DNA of 63,997 nucleotides, the filler included, from an uncultured bacterium (GTDB taxonomy: Bacteria > DAOPZR01), in assembly GCA_964637655.1 (NCBI GenBank). It is 5 parts of 5 records of this genome, joined end to end, with 100 filler letters (N's around TTAATTAATTAA, not from the genome) between each part and the next. Parts side by side here need not be neighbours in the genome. Positions count along the whole stretch, not along the records: positions 42,208 to 56,041 come from CAZWUZ010000072.1; positions 56,142 to 63,997 come from CAZWUZ010000184.1; 3 more parts are not named here. The stretch is one strand, 5' to 3'. Below, piece by piece: positions 54,808-63,997 of the stretch; within the stretch, counting starts at the first letter, position 1, and each line of letters opens with the position of its first letter. Made by a program: the position numbers and the translations under genes. A model generated the notes under the pieces. The model was not told the DNA's origin, made no database searches, and saw nothing but the letters and a program-made list of their open reading frames with translations.

Positions 54808-56041
54808 TCAGTAATTCCGGTTGTACAGCCGCGCCACGGCGGCTGCGTCCAATTTTTCATCAAGGAACTTTGCGCTGTCGAACCGCGCGAGGCGCTCGTT
54901 GCTGCGCCGCCGCGCGATGCGCTGGATGTTGAGCAGGTGCCGCGCGGTGATGTTGTCGGTGGTGATGTTGTTGCCCCCCGTGCCGCAGCCGAGGGTGAAT
55001 GACGGGTGCAGGGTGTTGAACAGTCCCCCCACCGCCCCCTGTGACGACGGGGTGTTGACGACGATGCGCCCGGCGTTCATCACCTGCGCGAAGGCGCGGA
55101 TGCGCTCGCTGTCGTTGGAGAAAATGCTCACCGTGTGCCCGATGCCGCCGAAAAAGTTGAGTTCGACGCACAACTTGACCGCGGCATCGTAGTTTGCCGC
55201 CTCGTACCAGGCGATGACCGGGGCGAGCACCTCGGCGGAGAGCGGGTGGTCGCGCCCGACGCCCGTCTGCGGGGCGATGAGCAGGCGCGTCCCTTCCGGC
55301 ACGCTGATCCCCGCCAGCTGCGCGATGGCGGCCACGGACTTGCCGACGATGGCCGGGTTCATCACGTGCGTCTGCGGGTCGAGCGCGACCGCCGCCACCT
55401 TCGCCGCGTCGGCGTCCGGCAGGAAGTAGCCGCCCTGTTTTTCGAATTCCTTGCGCGCCGCCAGCGCGTTCGCCTTCTCGACGATGATTGCCTGTTCGCT
55501 GGCGCAGACCGTGCCGTTGTCAAACGTCTTGGAGAGCAGAATCGACTCGACGGCGAACGGCACGTCGGCGCTCTTCTCGATGTAGGCGGGCACGTTCCCG
55601 GCGCCGACCCCGAGCGCCGGCTTGCCCGACGAGTAGGCCGCCTTGACCATGGCGCTCCCCCCCGTGGCGAGCACCAGCGCCAGCGCGGGATGCCCCATCA
55701 GTTCCGCCATCTCATCGCGCGACCAGTCGGGCGCCCACTGCACGCAGTCGTCGGGCGCATCCGCCTTGAGTGCCGCGAGGTAGCAGAGCTTGGCCGCCTC
55801 GATGGAGCACTTCGCCGCCCGCGGGTGCGGGCTGATGATGATCGGGTTGCGCGTCTTGAGCGCGATCATGATCTTGAAGATGACGGTCGAGGTCGGGTTG
55901 GTCGTCGGGATGACGGCGAAGATCGGGCCGAGCGGCTGCGCGATCTCGGTGATGCCGCTCACCGGGTCGTCACTGACGATGCCGACCGTCTTCAGCGCGC
56001 GGATGTCCTCGTGCACGAACTGCGAGGCGACGACGTTCTTG
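54808..56041 (-). CDS. CoA-acylating aldehyde dehydrogenase (AdhE N-domain/EutE-like), 5'-truncated
   Basis: 'IPTTNPTST', 'ATGGSAMVKAAYSSGKP', 'SKTFDNGTVCASEQ', 'SFTLGCG'; ends without an ADH domain. Confidence 0.92.
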
Positions 56042-56141
56042 NNNNNNNNNNNNNNNNNNNNNNNNNNNNNNNNNNNNNNNNNNNNTTAATTAATTAANNN
56101 NNNNNNNNNNNNNNNNNNNNNNNNNNNNNNNNNNNNNNNNN
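56042..56141. other. artificial contig linker
   Basis: N run, TTAATTAATTAA, N run. Confidence 0.98.
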
Positions 56142-56142
56142 G

Positions 56143-56721
56143 CTTATCGGGATAGGCAGACATTCAGCAGCAGGCGGTTCAGGTCCGGCGGAACGTTTCG
56201 CTGCCGTTATCGGCCGCGTGATGGGAACCGGGTGCGTACTGCTGGCGGTGTTGCCGGTATTTGTAGGCACAGCCCTTGCTCTCGAAAATTTCGAAGGCAA
56301 CTACGATCTCCCGGTGCTTGTTTTTCTGACATTCGCGATCATGGTGATTAACTATGTGCTCTCGGCAACAGTAGGCCGGATCACAGCGCGAATAGCGGAA
56401 CCCCGGCTGACGATATGCAGCGGATTCGAACTGTGGTGTGTAAGCGTTGGCATGGCCATCTTTGGGGGTTGGTTGATCGCATTGTTAGATAACATACTCG
56501 TATTCACGCCTGACCTGCAAATGCATAGTTCGCTCGTATCACTCATTGGCGGGTCAGCCATGCTTGCCATAATTGAAGGGATTCCCGGAGGATATGCTGT
56601 CGGAGTAGTTGTAGTGGCATTGCTGTTCTGGCGGCGCAGCCGTTTGCAGCGTGAGATGACGCAGGGTAAAGCCGAGCTGCACCATTCGTCGGGGGAACAT
56701 CCACTGGTGAGGAGAGTCTGA
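56143..56721 (+). CDS. hypothetical membrane protein, 5'-truncated, paralogue of 56984-57976
   Basis: Shares 'IMxINYVLxAxxGRI.AR.AE', 'GGWLIAxLDNI', 'IExIPGG' with the downstream ORF. Confidence 0.7.
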   Translation, partial: LIGIGRHSAAGGSGPAERFAAVIGRVMGTGCVLLAVLPVFVGTALALENFEGNYDLPVLVFLTFAIMVINYVLSATVGRITARIAEPRLTICSGFELWCVSVGMAIFGGWLIALLDNILVFTPDLQMHSSLVSLIGGSAMLAIIEGIPGGYAVGVVVVALLFWRRSRLQREMTQGKAELHHSSGEHPLVRRV

Positions 56722-56987
56722 TGCGCCTGTTCCAAATGTGGTTCCCGGTAATGATACTGACTGGCGCGTTGTCTGTTCCGGCGGCAGCGTTGGGTACGTA
56801 CCGCACGATTTCGGACACGCAGCACAGCATGGCACAGTGTGACACGGGGATGATCCCGTTTGCCGCCGGCTACCGGCTGGCCCATGCCGGCTGTCCCGGG
56901 GTCAGGGTGGTGTATGGCAGCTACACTGTCTGGCGCGCACTGCCCGGCGACTTGCTGCGGCATCTGCCTGGGGAAAAGAACGGATGA
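56721..56987 (+). pseudogene. chimeric ORF whose 5' end duplicates the START-like gene at 58001
   Basis: 56777-56833 matches 58057-58113 with 3 mismatches in 57 nt, then similarity ends. Confidence 0.6.
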
Positions 56988-57976
56988 AGGATATGCTGCG
57001 CTGCGGCGGCGGAAGCATACGCTGGGGCATGGTGTTATTCAAGATGCCGCTGTTGTGCTATGCCGTGGCAAACATCCTGTTTGTATTGCCGCGGAGTACG
57101 GTTGGGGCACGGGCATGGCTGGAATTGCTGCTGTTGGGGAATCTGCTAGTCGCGTATGGCGCCGGCTGGTGCTTGGAAATGCTCCTGCCGCGCGGCAGAC
57201 AATGGAATATTTCTGCGATGGGGAAATGGGTATTGCCCGCGGCGGTAGCAGTAGGCATACTTGTAGCACAGGTCGATACGCTGTCGCTTGTGCTGATACC
57301 GCTGCCGGTGCCGAATACCATGTCCGCATGCACGGTTTCCGTCCCCGGGACAGTTGTGGTAGCGATACACGGTGCGCTTGCCGGATTGTTCGCGGGCGGT
57401 CTTTTGCTTTGCGGGATGTGCAGCTCTGCATCAGTCAATTATGCCGACCCGGCAAACTGCCACTATGCCAAGGTCGGCCGCTGGATGGGAATATGGTGTG
57501 TGGTGTTGACGGTGATGCCGGTGTGGGCATACATTGCCGGTTCGCTTGAGCATCATGAAGCCAATCACTTCACCCCGGTGATCATGCTGCTGACCAGCAC
57601 AATTATGGGCATCAATTATGTCCTCGCGGCATCGATTGGTCGGATCATGGCACGCACAGCAGAACAGCATCTGACAATGCACAGCGAGACAAGTCTGCGA
57701 TGTTTAAGTGCGGGGTTTGCTATCGGCGGGGGCTGGCTAATCGCAACACTTGACAATATAATTGTATTTTCCCTCAAAGCGTTCGTACGTTCTTCAGTAG
57801 ATTATCCGTTGTCGCTTATTTCACTTGTCAGCTCCGCTGCCGGTCTTGCTACGATCGAAGCAATTCCCGGAGGACTATTTGTCGGAACTGTTGTGGTGAC
57901 ATTGCTGCTTGCACGGCGCAATTATTTGCGGCACGAGATGGTGCTGCGTGAGACTGTGACACCGAGTGCGAAATGA
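56984..57976 (+). CDS. hypothetical multi-TM membrane protein
   Basis: 330 aa, strongly hydrophobic. Confidence 0.7.
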   Translation: MKDMLRCGGGSIRWGMVLFKMPLLCYAVANILFVLPRSTVGARAWLELLLLGNLLVAYGAGWCLEMLLPRGRQWNISAMGKWVLPAAVAVGILVAQVDTLSLVLIPLPVPNTMSACTVSVPGTVVVAIHGALAGLFAGGLLLCGMCSSASVNYADPANCHYAKVGRWMGIWCVVLTVMPVWAYIAGSLEHHEANHFTPVIMLLTSTIMGINYVLAASIGRIMARTAEQHLTMHSETSLRCLSAGFAIGGGWLIATLDNIIVFSLKAFVRSSVDYPLSLISLVSSAAGLATIEAIPGGLFVGTVVVTLLLARRNYLRHEMVLRETVTPSAK

Positions 57977-58000
57977 ATATCTACGGGTGAGGTGAGGAAA

Positions 58001-58567
58001 ATGCGCACACTCCGGATTGTGTTTGCCGTAGTGGCACTGACAGCTATGCTATCAGCTCCGGCGGGAGCGTTGGGCACGTACCGCACGATTTCGGACACGC
58101 AGTACAGCATGGCCTACAGTTTCTCCAGTCCCTGTGATTCGGCCACGCTGCTGAATGTGCTCTTCGATTTCAACGATCTGCAGCAGTATGCCGGCCAGCC
58201 GGGGCTGACACTACACCTGCTGTCGGCGACCGCAACTGAGCAGATTGTCGGCTATGACTATGACGGCATGCTGTTCAAGGGGTCGGCGGTGGTGAAACGC
58301 ACCCTGCACCGCGAGCGCGGCGAGATGACGTTTACGACACTGGCGGCACGGCAGAATAACAAATTGCTTCCCCGCATCGTCTCGTCGTCGGGATGGTATC
58401 GCGTCGTGCCGGCCGAAGCGGACAGCGGCAGTGTGAACTGTGTGCAGTACTATCAACTGACGGTCACTGATGAGCCGGTGGGCTGGCTGTATCATCGCTT
58501 CGCACGCCAGCAGGTGACGGACTTTTTCACCCGGCTGGAGAAACTTGTGCGCAGCCGTACGGAGTGA
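58001..58567 (+). CDS. exported START/SRPBCC-like protein
   Basis: Signal peptide; helix-grip pattern ('LLNVLFDFNDLQQY', 'SSGWYRVVP', C-terminal amphipathic helix). Confidence 0.55.
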   Translation: MRTLRIVFAVVALTAMLSAPAGALGTYRTISDTQYSMAYSFSSPCDSATLLNVLFDFNDLQQYAGQPGLTLHLLSATATEQIVGYDYDGMLFKGSAVVKRTLHRERGEMTFTTLAARQNNKLLPRIVSSSGWYRVVPAEADSGSVNCVQYYQLTVTDEPVGWLYHRFARQQVTDFFTRLEKLVRSRTE

Positions 58568-58571
58568 AGAA

Positions 58572-59240
58572 ATGACAAACAGTCGGCGGCAGGAACGCAG
58601 TCATGATACCACTTCGCGCTGGTACGATGCCGGCCTCAAACTGCACTGGTTCGGGCGGTACCGGCGGTTCCGCTGTTCGCAGCTGGCGGCGGCCGGGCCG
58701 GTGTCGGGGAAAACCGTCATTGATTTCGGCTGCGGGACCGGGCTGCTGTATGATTTTATCGTGCAGCAGGCGAATCGTCCCGGTCGCTATGTGGGGATCG
58801 ATCCCGGGCGGAAGATGCTGGCCATGGCATACGGCAAGCATCCCGCTGCTGCTGATCGCCTGCTGGTGCGCAACGGCCTGATTCCGCAACTGCCGGTCAG
58901 GAATAATGCGGCTGACATGGTGTTCTCAAGCCTGGTGACGCATCAGTTGCCGGGTGCGGACAAGAACATCCTGCTGCGCGAAGCCTTTCGCATCCTGCGC
59001 CCGGGCGGACGGCTGGTGATGGCGGAGTTCGGTGCGCCGGTGAATGTGGCGGGCCGCCTGAGCGGCTGGTACCTGCGCGCGGTATGGGGAAGAATCATCC
59101 CTGCTATCGGGCGCGGGTGCGAGGAAAATCTTGCCGGCCGGCTGCCCGCTATGATCGTGGCGGCCGGATTCGGCAGCGTGGTGACGACTGCCGTCTGGAA
59201 GGGGATGGTGCATGTCATGGCGGCGACAAAACCGGCATGA
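58572..59240 (+). CDS. class I SAM-dependent methyltransferase (UbiE-like)
   Basis: 'VIDFGCGTG', 'GIDPGRKML', 'REAFRILRPGGRL'. Confidence 0.88.
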   Translation: MTNSRRQERSHDTTSRWYDAGLKLHWFGRYRRFRCSQLAAAGPVSGKTVIDFGCGTGLLYDFIVQQANRPGRYVGIDPGRKMLAMAYGKHPAAADRLLVRNGLIPQLPVRNNAADMVFSSLVTHQLPGADKNILLREAFRILRPGGRLVMAEFGAPVNVAGRLSGWYLRAVWGRIIPAIGRGCEENLAGRLPAMIVAAGFGSVVTTAVWKGMVHVMAATKPA

Positions 59241-60535
59241 ACATCCTGCTCGTGCAGCCGCGCTGGCGCAGCCTGGGCTATCGCCGTAAGATCAAGGTCG
59301 ACGAGCGCGCCATCCATCCGTTGTCGCTGGGCGTGGTCGCGGCGCTGTCCGGCGACCATGCGGTGCGGATCGTTGACGAGGCCATCGAGGATATTCCCGA
59401 TGGCGCGTGGGATCTCGTCGGCCTGTCGGTCAACACCTTTACCGCGCCGCGATGCTACGCGATTGCCGACCGCTTCCGTGCGCGCGGCATTCCCGTGGTT
59501 ATGGGCGGCAGTCACACCGCGCTGCTGCCGGATGAATGCCTGCAGCATGCCGACAGTATCGTCATCGGTGATGCCGAAGACACCTGGCCGCAGGCGCTGG
59601 CCGATGCCGCCGCGGGGCGGCTGCAGCCGCGCTATGTCTCGGCCAATCGCGCCGCCGGCACGGTCATCCCGGCGCCGCGCCGCGACCTGTACCGTCCGCA
59701 GCGGCGGCAGGCGGTATACTGCCAGGCGACCCGCGGCTGTCGCAACCGGTGCAAGTTCTGCTATCTGCACTATTGTTCCGGCACACAGTACCGCCAGCGC
59801 GACCCGGAAGCGGTGCGGGCCGAACTGGCTGCGGTGGCGGAGCCGCTGGTGCTGTTTGTCGACGACAACATGTTCTGCGAACATGACTATGCCCGCGCAC
59901 TCTGCAGCGCCATCACCCCGTTGCGCAAGCACTGGTGGATACAGGCACCGACCGATATCGTCGATGACGAAGTGCTGCTGGCAGAGATGGCACGGTCCGG
60001 CTGTTTTTCCGTCAGTGTCGGGTTTCAGACCGCCCGCCAGTCGACTATTGCGGGAGCGCAGATCTGGCAGAACCGCATCGGCGACTATCGCCGGCTGGTG
60101 ACGCAACTGCACCGCTACGACATCCTGGTCGACGGGACGTTTATCTTCGGTTTCGATACCGACGATGCGGCAACCTTTGCCGAAACCGAAGACCTGATCC
60201 GTGACCTCGGGCTGGACACCTACACCTTCTATTACCTGACCCCGTATCCGGGCACCCCGTTCTACGATTCGTATGCGCAGGCGGGACGCGTGCTGAGTGC
60301 CGACTGGTCCGATTTTGACTGGGATCATGTGGTGGTGGCGCCGCAGCAGCTGACCGCGACCGAATTGCAGGCGGGCGTGACGGAACTCTACCGGCGTCTT
60401 GATACCACCTATTACCAGCAAAACGTCAGGCGCAATCTGCGGCGGTATGCGCGCCTGGCTTTTTCGCCGGCGACGCTGCGTTTTCTCTGGTCGGTCGGCC
60501 GCTGTACGCACAATTCGGATCAGTATCGGGCCTAA
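59237..60535 (+). CDS. B12-binding domain radical SAM protein
   Basis: 'VVMGGSHTALLPDE', 'TRGCRNRCKFC', 'FVDDN', 'FIFGFDTD', 'TPYPGT'. Confidence 0.92.
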   Translation: MNILLVQPRWRSLGYRRKIKVDERAIHPLSLGVVAALSGDHAVRIVDEAIEDIPDGAWDLVGLSVNTFTAPRCYAIADRFRARGIPVVMGGSHTALLPDECLQHADSIVIGDAEDTWPQALADAAAGRLQPRYVSANRAAGTVIPAPRRDLYRPQRRQAVYCQATRGCRNRCKFCYLHYCSGTQYRQRDPEAVRAELAAVAEPLVLFVDDNMFCEHDYARALCSAITPLRKHWWIQAPTDIVDDEVLLAEMARSGCFSVSVGFQTARQSTIAGAQIWQNRIGDYRRLVTQLHRYDILVDGTFIFGFDTDDAATFAETEDLIRDLGLDTYTFYYLTPYPGTPFYDSYAQAGRVLSADWSDFDWDHVVVAPQQLTATELQAGVTELYRRLDTTYYQQNVRRNLRRYARLAFSPATLRFLWSVGRCTHNSDQYRA

Positions 60536-60775
60536 GACACGCCGACGATCACCGGTGCAGACGGAAACGTAGGTATGCCTGCAGCCGATTGACGGGTAAA
60601 GCGCTTACGGTATGCAATGTGGCATGGCGTTTCGCCCCGCGTCTGAACTCGACCCGATAGCCGAACCACAGTAAGGCGCTCGCTGAGTCCAGCTCGGGGA
60701 GCCATTTGAACTACAACCAGCCGCAGTTTCAATGAGAACAGCCGGACCCCTTTCAGCAACGCCTGCATGGGAAGT

Positions 60776-62047
60776 TCAGCCAACTTTTCCCTCAGCAAAC
60801 GCAGATGGCAAAAGCGGGGCATAATAGTGCGGCAGGAAGTATACAGAACGGTTCCCGATTTTCATAGTGGCAGTGAGATTGTCGTTCAACACAATTGCTG
60901 CCGGAGCTTCAGGGTATTGTTTGAGGAATTGACGCAACCCGGGAGGTATCTCCGGTTGCTTCAATGCGGCTTTAACTTCAATCGGCAAGGGCTGACGATC
61001 CTGCTCCAGGATAAAATCAACTTCATCCTGCTGGCGGGTACGCCAGTAATATACTTCCTGTGCCAGACGCAGATTTTTGCGCAGTTCCTGCATCACAAAC
61101 CACTCCCGCAACGCTCCCTGGTCAGGTCGTTTCGCCAGCGGCCGGAAATCGCGAAGAATGGCGTTCCGCAAGCCACTGTCAAAAAAATAGGTTTTCATGG
61201 TTTGCTTCAGTTCACGCCCGCGATTGGTAAAGTAGGGTTTCAGCAATTCGAGCACGAACATCTGGTTGAGGATGGACAGATCCTTCCGTACCTGCCGCAA
61301 TGAATAATTGAGGTGTTGCGACGTCCCTTGCTCGCTCAGCAGGGTTCCTTCCTGTGCCGCCAGCATGACCAGCAACCTGTTGAATGAAAGGATGTCTTCT
61401 TCGCGCAACAGGGCTTTGATGTCCTTGTTGATGAAGGTGGCAACCAGATCGAGCAAGAGCCGCTTCCGGGCTTCGGCAGTCTGCTCATGAACGAGTCCGG
61501 GCATCCCGCCGAAAATCAGGAATTCAGCCCAGGCCGCACGCAAATGCTGATGCCGGGCAGGGGCAATAACCTCTGCCATCGTGTCCGGCAGATGCAGCCC
61601 GCGCCGATAACCCGGCAGCCACTCCGCAAACGACAGCGGGAAAACCCGGTAGAGACGACGGCGGCCGGCCAGGCTTTCCCGCAAATGCCGGTGCATTTCC
61701 AACGCCGAAGAACCCGAGGCGAACACCTTGACTCCCTGATAGCCGTCAAATAACGCCTTGAACAACCGCGTGGCATCAGGCAGGTAATGAAATTCGTCAA
61801 TCAACAGAACCTGCCGCGAACGGCCGATGTCGGCCAGCAGTTCGCCATGGCCGCGGGCAAAGAACGCCGTATCACCCGGCTGTTCCAAGTCGAAATACCG
61901 GCACGGCAGTTTTTGCCGGCGGCAGTGTGCGGCCACGGCGCGGAGCAGCGTGGTTTTCCCCGCCTGACGCGGGCCGATGACAATGCCGACTTCACGGCGC
62001 GACTGCTCGGCCACCAACTCGGACAGCAACACCCGTTTGAGCTTCAT
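60776..62047 (-). CDS. AAA+ ATPase with DUF4143 and a C-terminal PD-(D/E)xK-like motif
   Basis: 'GPRQAGKTT', 'LLIDEFH', 'SGSS', 'FGGMP', 'EVDFI...PIEVK'. Confidence 0.9.
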   Translation of the reverse strand: MKLKRVLLSELVAEQSRREVGIVIGPRQAGKTTLLRAVAAHCRRQKLPCRYFDLEQPGDTAFFARGHGELLADIGRSRQVLLIDEFHYLPDATRLFKALFDGYQGVKVFASGSSALEMHRHLRESLAGRRRLYRVFPLSFAEWLPGYRRGLHLPDTMAEVIAPARHQHLRAAWAEFLIFGGMPGLVHEQTAEARKRLLLDLVATFINKDIKALLREEDILSFNRLLVMLAAQEGTLLSEQGTSQHLNYSLRQVRKDLSILNQMFVLELLKPYFTNRGRELKQTMKTYFFDSGLRNAILRDFRPLAKRPDQGALREWFVMQELRKNLRLAQEVYYWRTRQQDEVDFILEQDRQPLPIEVKAALKQPEIPPGLRQFLKQYPEAPAAIVLNDNLTATMKIGNRSVYFLPHYYAPLLPSAFAEGKVG

Positions 62048-62310
62048 GGTGACATTCTATACGGTTCCGTATACATTGTCAACAGACTGCATATGCCGGC
62101 CATTCCCGGTTGGACAAGTTATCGCCATAAAAAGGTTGCCCGAAAGGTCCTGCTTTCTATCCAGTTCAGGGGGCATACAGGTCGCAAAAAATTACGGTCG
62201 CAAAACCGCGTCCGCTAGATCATACTGCCGCGGACATACTGTACGCGGCCGGTGCTGCCGTTTCGCGGTCTGCTGAATGCTGCAATGCACGATGGTGACG
62301 ATTACCTTTG

Positions 62311-62430
62311 TCAGGCGGCGAGCCGGCGCGTTGGCTTGATGGCGATTTCGAGCGAGTAGTCAAGCGCATGCAGCACCCGGTTGATTGTCGCGAAGGTCGG
62401 GATATGACGCTGATTGCCCTCCCCCACGCT
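62311..62430 (-). pseudogene. C-terminal remnant of an XRE HTH (antitoxin-like) gene
   Basis: 'EGNQRHIPTFATINRVLHALDYSLEI' without a convincing N-terminal half. Confidence 0.4.
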
Positions 62431-62500
62431 CAGGGGGAAGGTTGGCTGAGGTGAACAGTTGCAGCAGTTGTACACAGCAGTCCGCCAACAGGAAGCCAAT

Positions 62501-63727
62501 TCAGGAGCAGTGGGCGAGAAAACTCCATGCTGGAATCACGAATATCCGTTCGGAAACAACGGTGACCGCGTCAGCATTATGCACAAGTTGAATGAGTGGC
62601 ACACCCAACTTGTGCCCCCAGTACCGGGCATGAGGGGATATGGTAGTAGCAGACAATTTCGCTTCAACCAGCAGCAGCGGCCCTTGCTCATTCGTCAGCA
62701 GAAAATCTGCTTCCCGGCCATCGCGGTCTTTGACAAAATACAACTGATAGCTGCCCAGGCCGGCGTTGTTCAGCCGGTCAACCAGGCAGCGCAGCTGAAG
62801 CGCAACAAAATTCTCGTACCGGCAACCTTCGTGCTTAACCAGTGAGTGGGCATAATAGTATATTTTCCGTTCCTTGCGTATCGCCCGCGCCAGTTTCAGA
62901 TGATACGGCGGTACTTCAAAGATGAGCATCGCCCGCTTCAGTAATTCCACATAACTGTCGACGGTCTCATGTGCCACCGCCAGATCCAGCATCAGGTTGC
63001 TGATGCTCAAGGGACTGCCCACCCGTTCCGGCAACAGCAGCATCAGATTCTCAATGGTCTTGAGTTTCTGGATGCCGGCCAGTTGCGTGACATCTTCCCG
63101 TGCCACCTGGAGCAGGTATGCATCGTGCCAGCGTTTCAGAAACGGCCGCTTCCGGTTTACTGCCACTTCCGGGAAAGCGTTATGCTCATAGAGTATCCGG
63201 TACGCAGTTTGATACTTGCGCGACAATGCCGTCAAGGTCATGGCGTTCCGCGCAAGCCACGCGGGGTTCAGAATGTTTCCGCCTGTCTGCAGCGGGGTCA
63301 GATCGCGGGCGTATTCGGCCACGCCAAAAGGATTGAGGGTGAAGGGAAAATAGCGCCCGGCCAGTGAATCGCCCGCCCGCAGGAACAGATCGAGCCGGGC
63401 GCTGCCGGTAATGACAAAAATGGCCCGGTCGGAATAATAATCGTACAGACCCTTGACCAGGTTTTTCCACTGGCGCAGTTTGTGAATCTCATCGAAGACG
63501 AAGATGGCGTCGCCGCGACGGGTGAGATAGCGGTCAAGAAAGTGGGGATTCTGGAAATAGGCTCGCCGCACCGCCAGATCATCCCAGTTGAAATAGCTGC
63601 CCTTCCCGGCTGACAGCAGGTGCCGGGCGAGGGTGGTTTTCCCGCTCTGCCGCGGCCCGGAAATGAAAACCATCCGTTTCTTGAAGCCCCGGATGATCGG
63701 TTCAAGCGCCCGCTGATAGTAGACCAT
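62501..63727 (-). CDS. AAA+ ATPase with DUF4143 and a C-terminal PD-(D/E)xK-like motif
   Basis: 'GPRQSGKTT', 'VFDEIHK', 'TGSARLD', 'SLAGR', 'EADFL...LVEAK'; ATG 63727 preferred. Confidence 0.9.
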   Translation of the reverse strand: MVYYQRALEPIIRGFKKRMVFISGPRQSGKTTLARHLLSAGKGSYFNWDDLAVRRAYFQNPHFLDRYLTRRGDAIFVFDEIHKLRQWKNLVKGLYDYYSDRAIFVITGSARLDLFLRAGDSLAGRYFPFTLNPFGVAEYARDLTPLQTGGNILNPAWLARNAMTLTALSRKYQTAYRILYEHNAFPEVAVNRKRPFLKRWHDAYLLQVAREDVTQLAGIQKLKTIENLMLLLPERVGSPLSISNLMLDLAVAHETVDSYVELLKRAMLIFEVPPYHLKLARAIRKERKIYYYAHSLVKHEGCRYENFVALQLRCLVDRLNNAGLGSYQLYFVKDRDGREADFLLTNEQGPLLLVEAKLSATTISPHARYWGHKLGVPLIQLVHNADAVTVVSERIFVIPAWSFLAHCS

Positions 63728-63997
63728 GAGCCAGTCCCCCACGACCATGCTACCACGGCCGCGGCTGCGCGTCAAGGCATATTTAGAGAGTACTCTATAA
63801 TTGCCGTTACCGGTTGGCCCGGCAGTTCCTGCAGTCGTTGCAAACCGCAAGGGTAAGTACAAATCGTACCTATCCTTGTGTGAACCTTGACGCACGCACA
63901 GCACACAGTGTTGAGGATCAGCGGCATCGGTGAGCACGGTGAGGGCATCCTCCGCCACGAACCACCATTCCCGGTTATGGGTCAGGCGCCGGACAAT

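Overview
This window is not one locus. It is five high-GC bacterial contig pieces joined by artificial N-TTAATTAATTAA-N linkers, so gene adjacency across linkers is meaningless. Piece 1 (1-14011) holds the right end of an integrative element inserted in a tRNA-Arg(CCG) gene. It carries defence-like cargo (DUF4209/HEPN protein, HNH nuclease fused to a cysteine-less LprI-like domain) and an XRE repressor. A consensus promoter drives small ORFs, duplicated structured motifs and a cas-less type I-E-like mini CRISPR array with near-identical hairpin spacers, followed by xis/int and the att site. A VapBC module and an ArsR-permease-thioredoxin operon follow. Piece 2 has a bioBFHCDA operon with a repeat-filled bioB-bioF gap, TolC, a two-component pair and partial hppA. 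Piece 3 has an alpha-2-macroglobulin, tRNA-Ala(CGC) and an unusual competence operon (ComEC with a degenerate MBL domain, a separate intact MBL protein, two multi-HhH ComEA-like proteins). Piece 4 has two xanthine-dehydrogenase-family modules, a GIY-YIG/RAMA nuclease and a GHKL ATPase. Piece 5 has duplicated membrane-protein genes, a START/methyltransferase/B12 radical SAM operon and two AAA-DUF4143 ATPases. The best candidates for new biology are the mini-array (possible RNA anti-CRISPR locus) and the HNH-LprI fusion. All family calls come from reading motifs by eye; no database searches were run.
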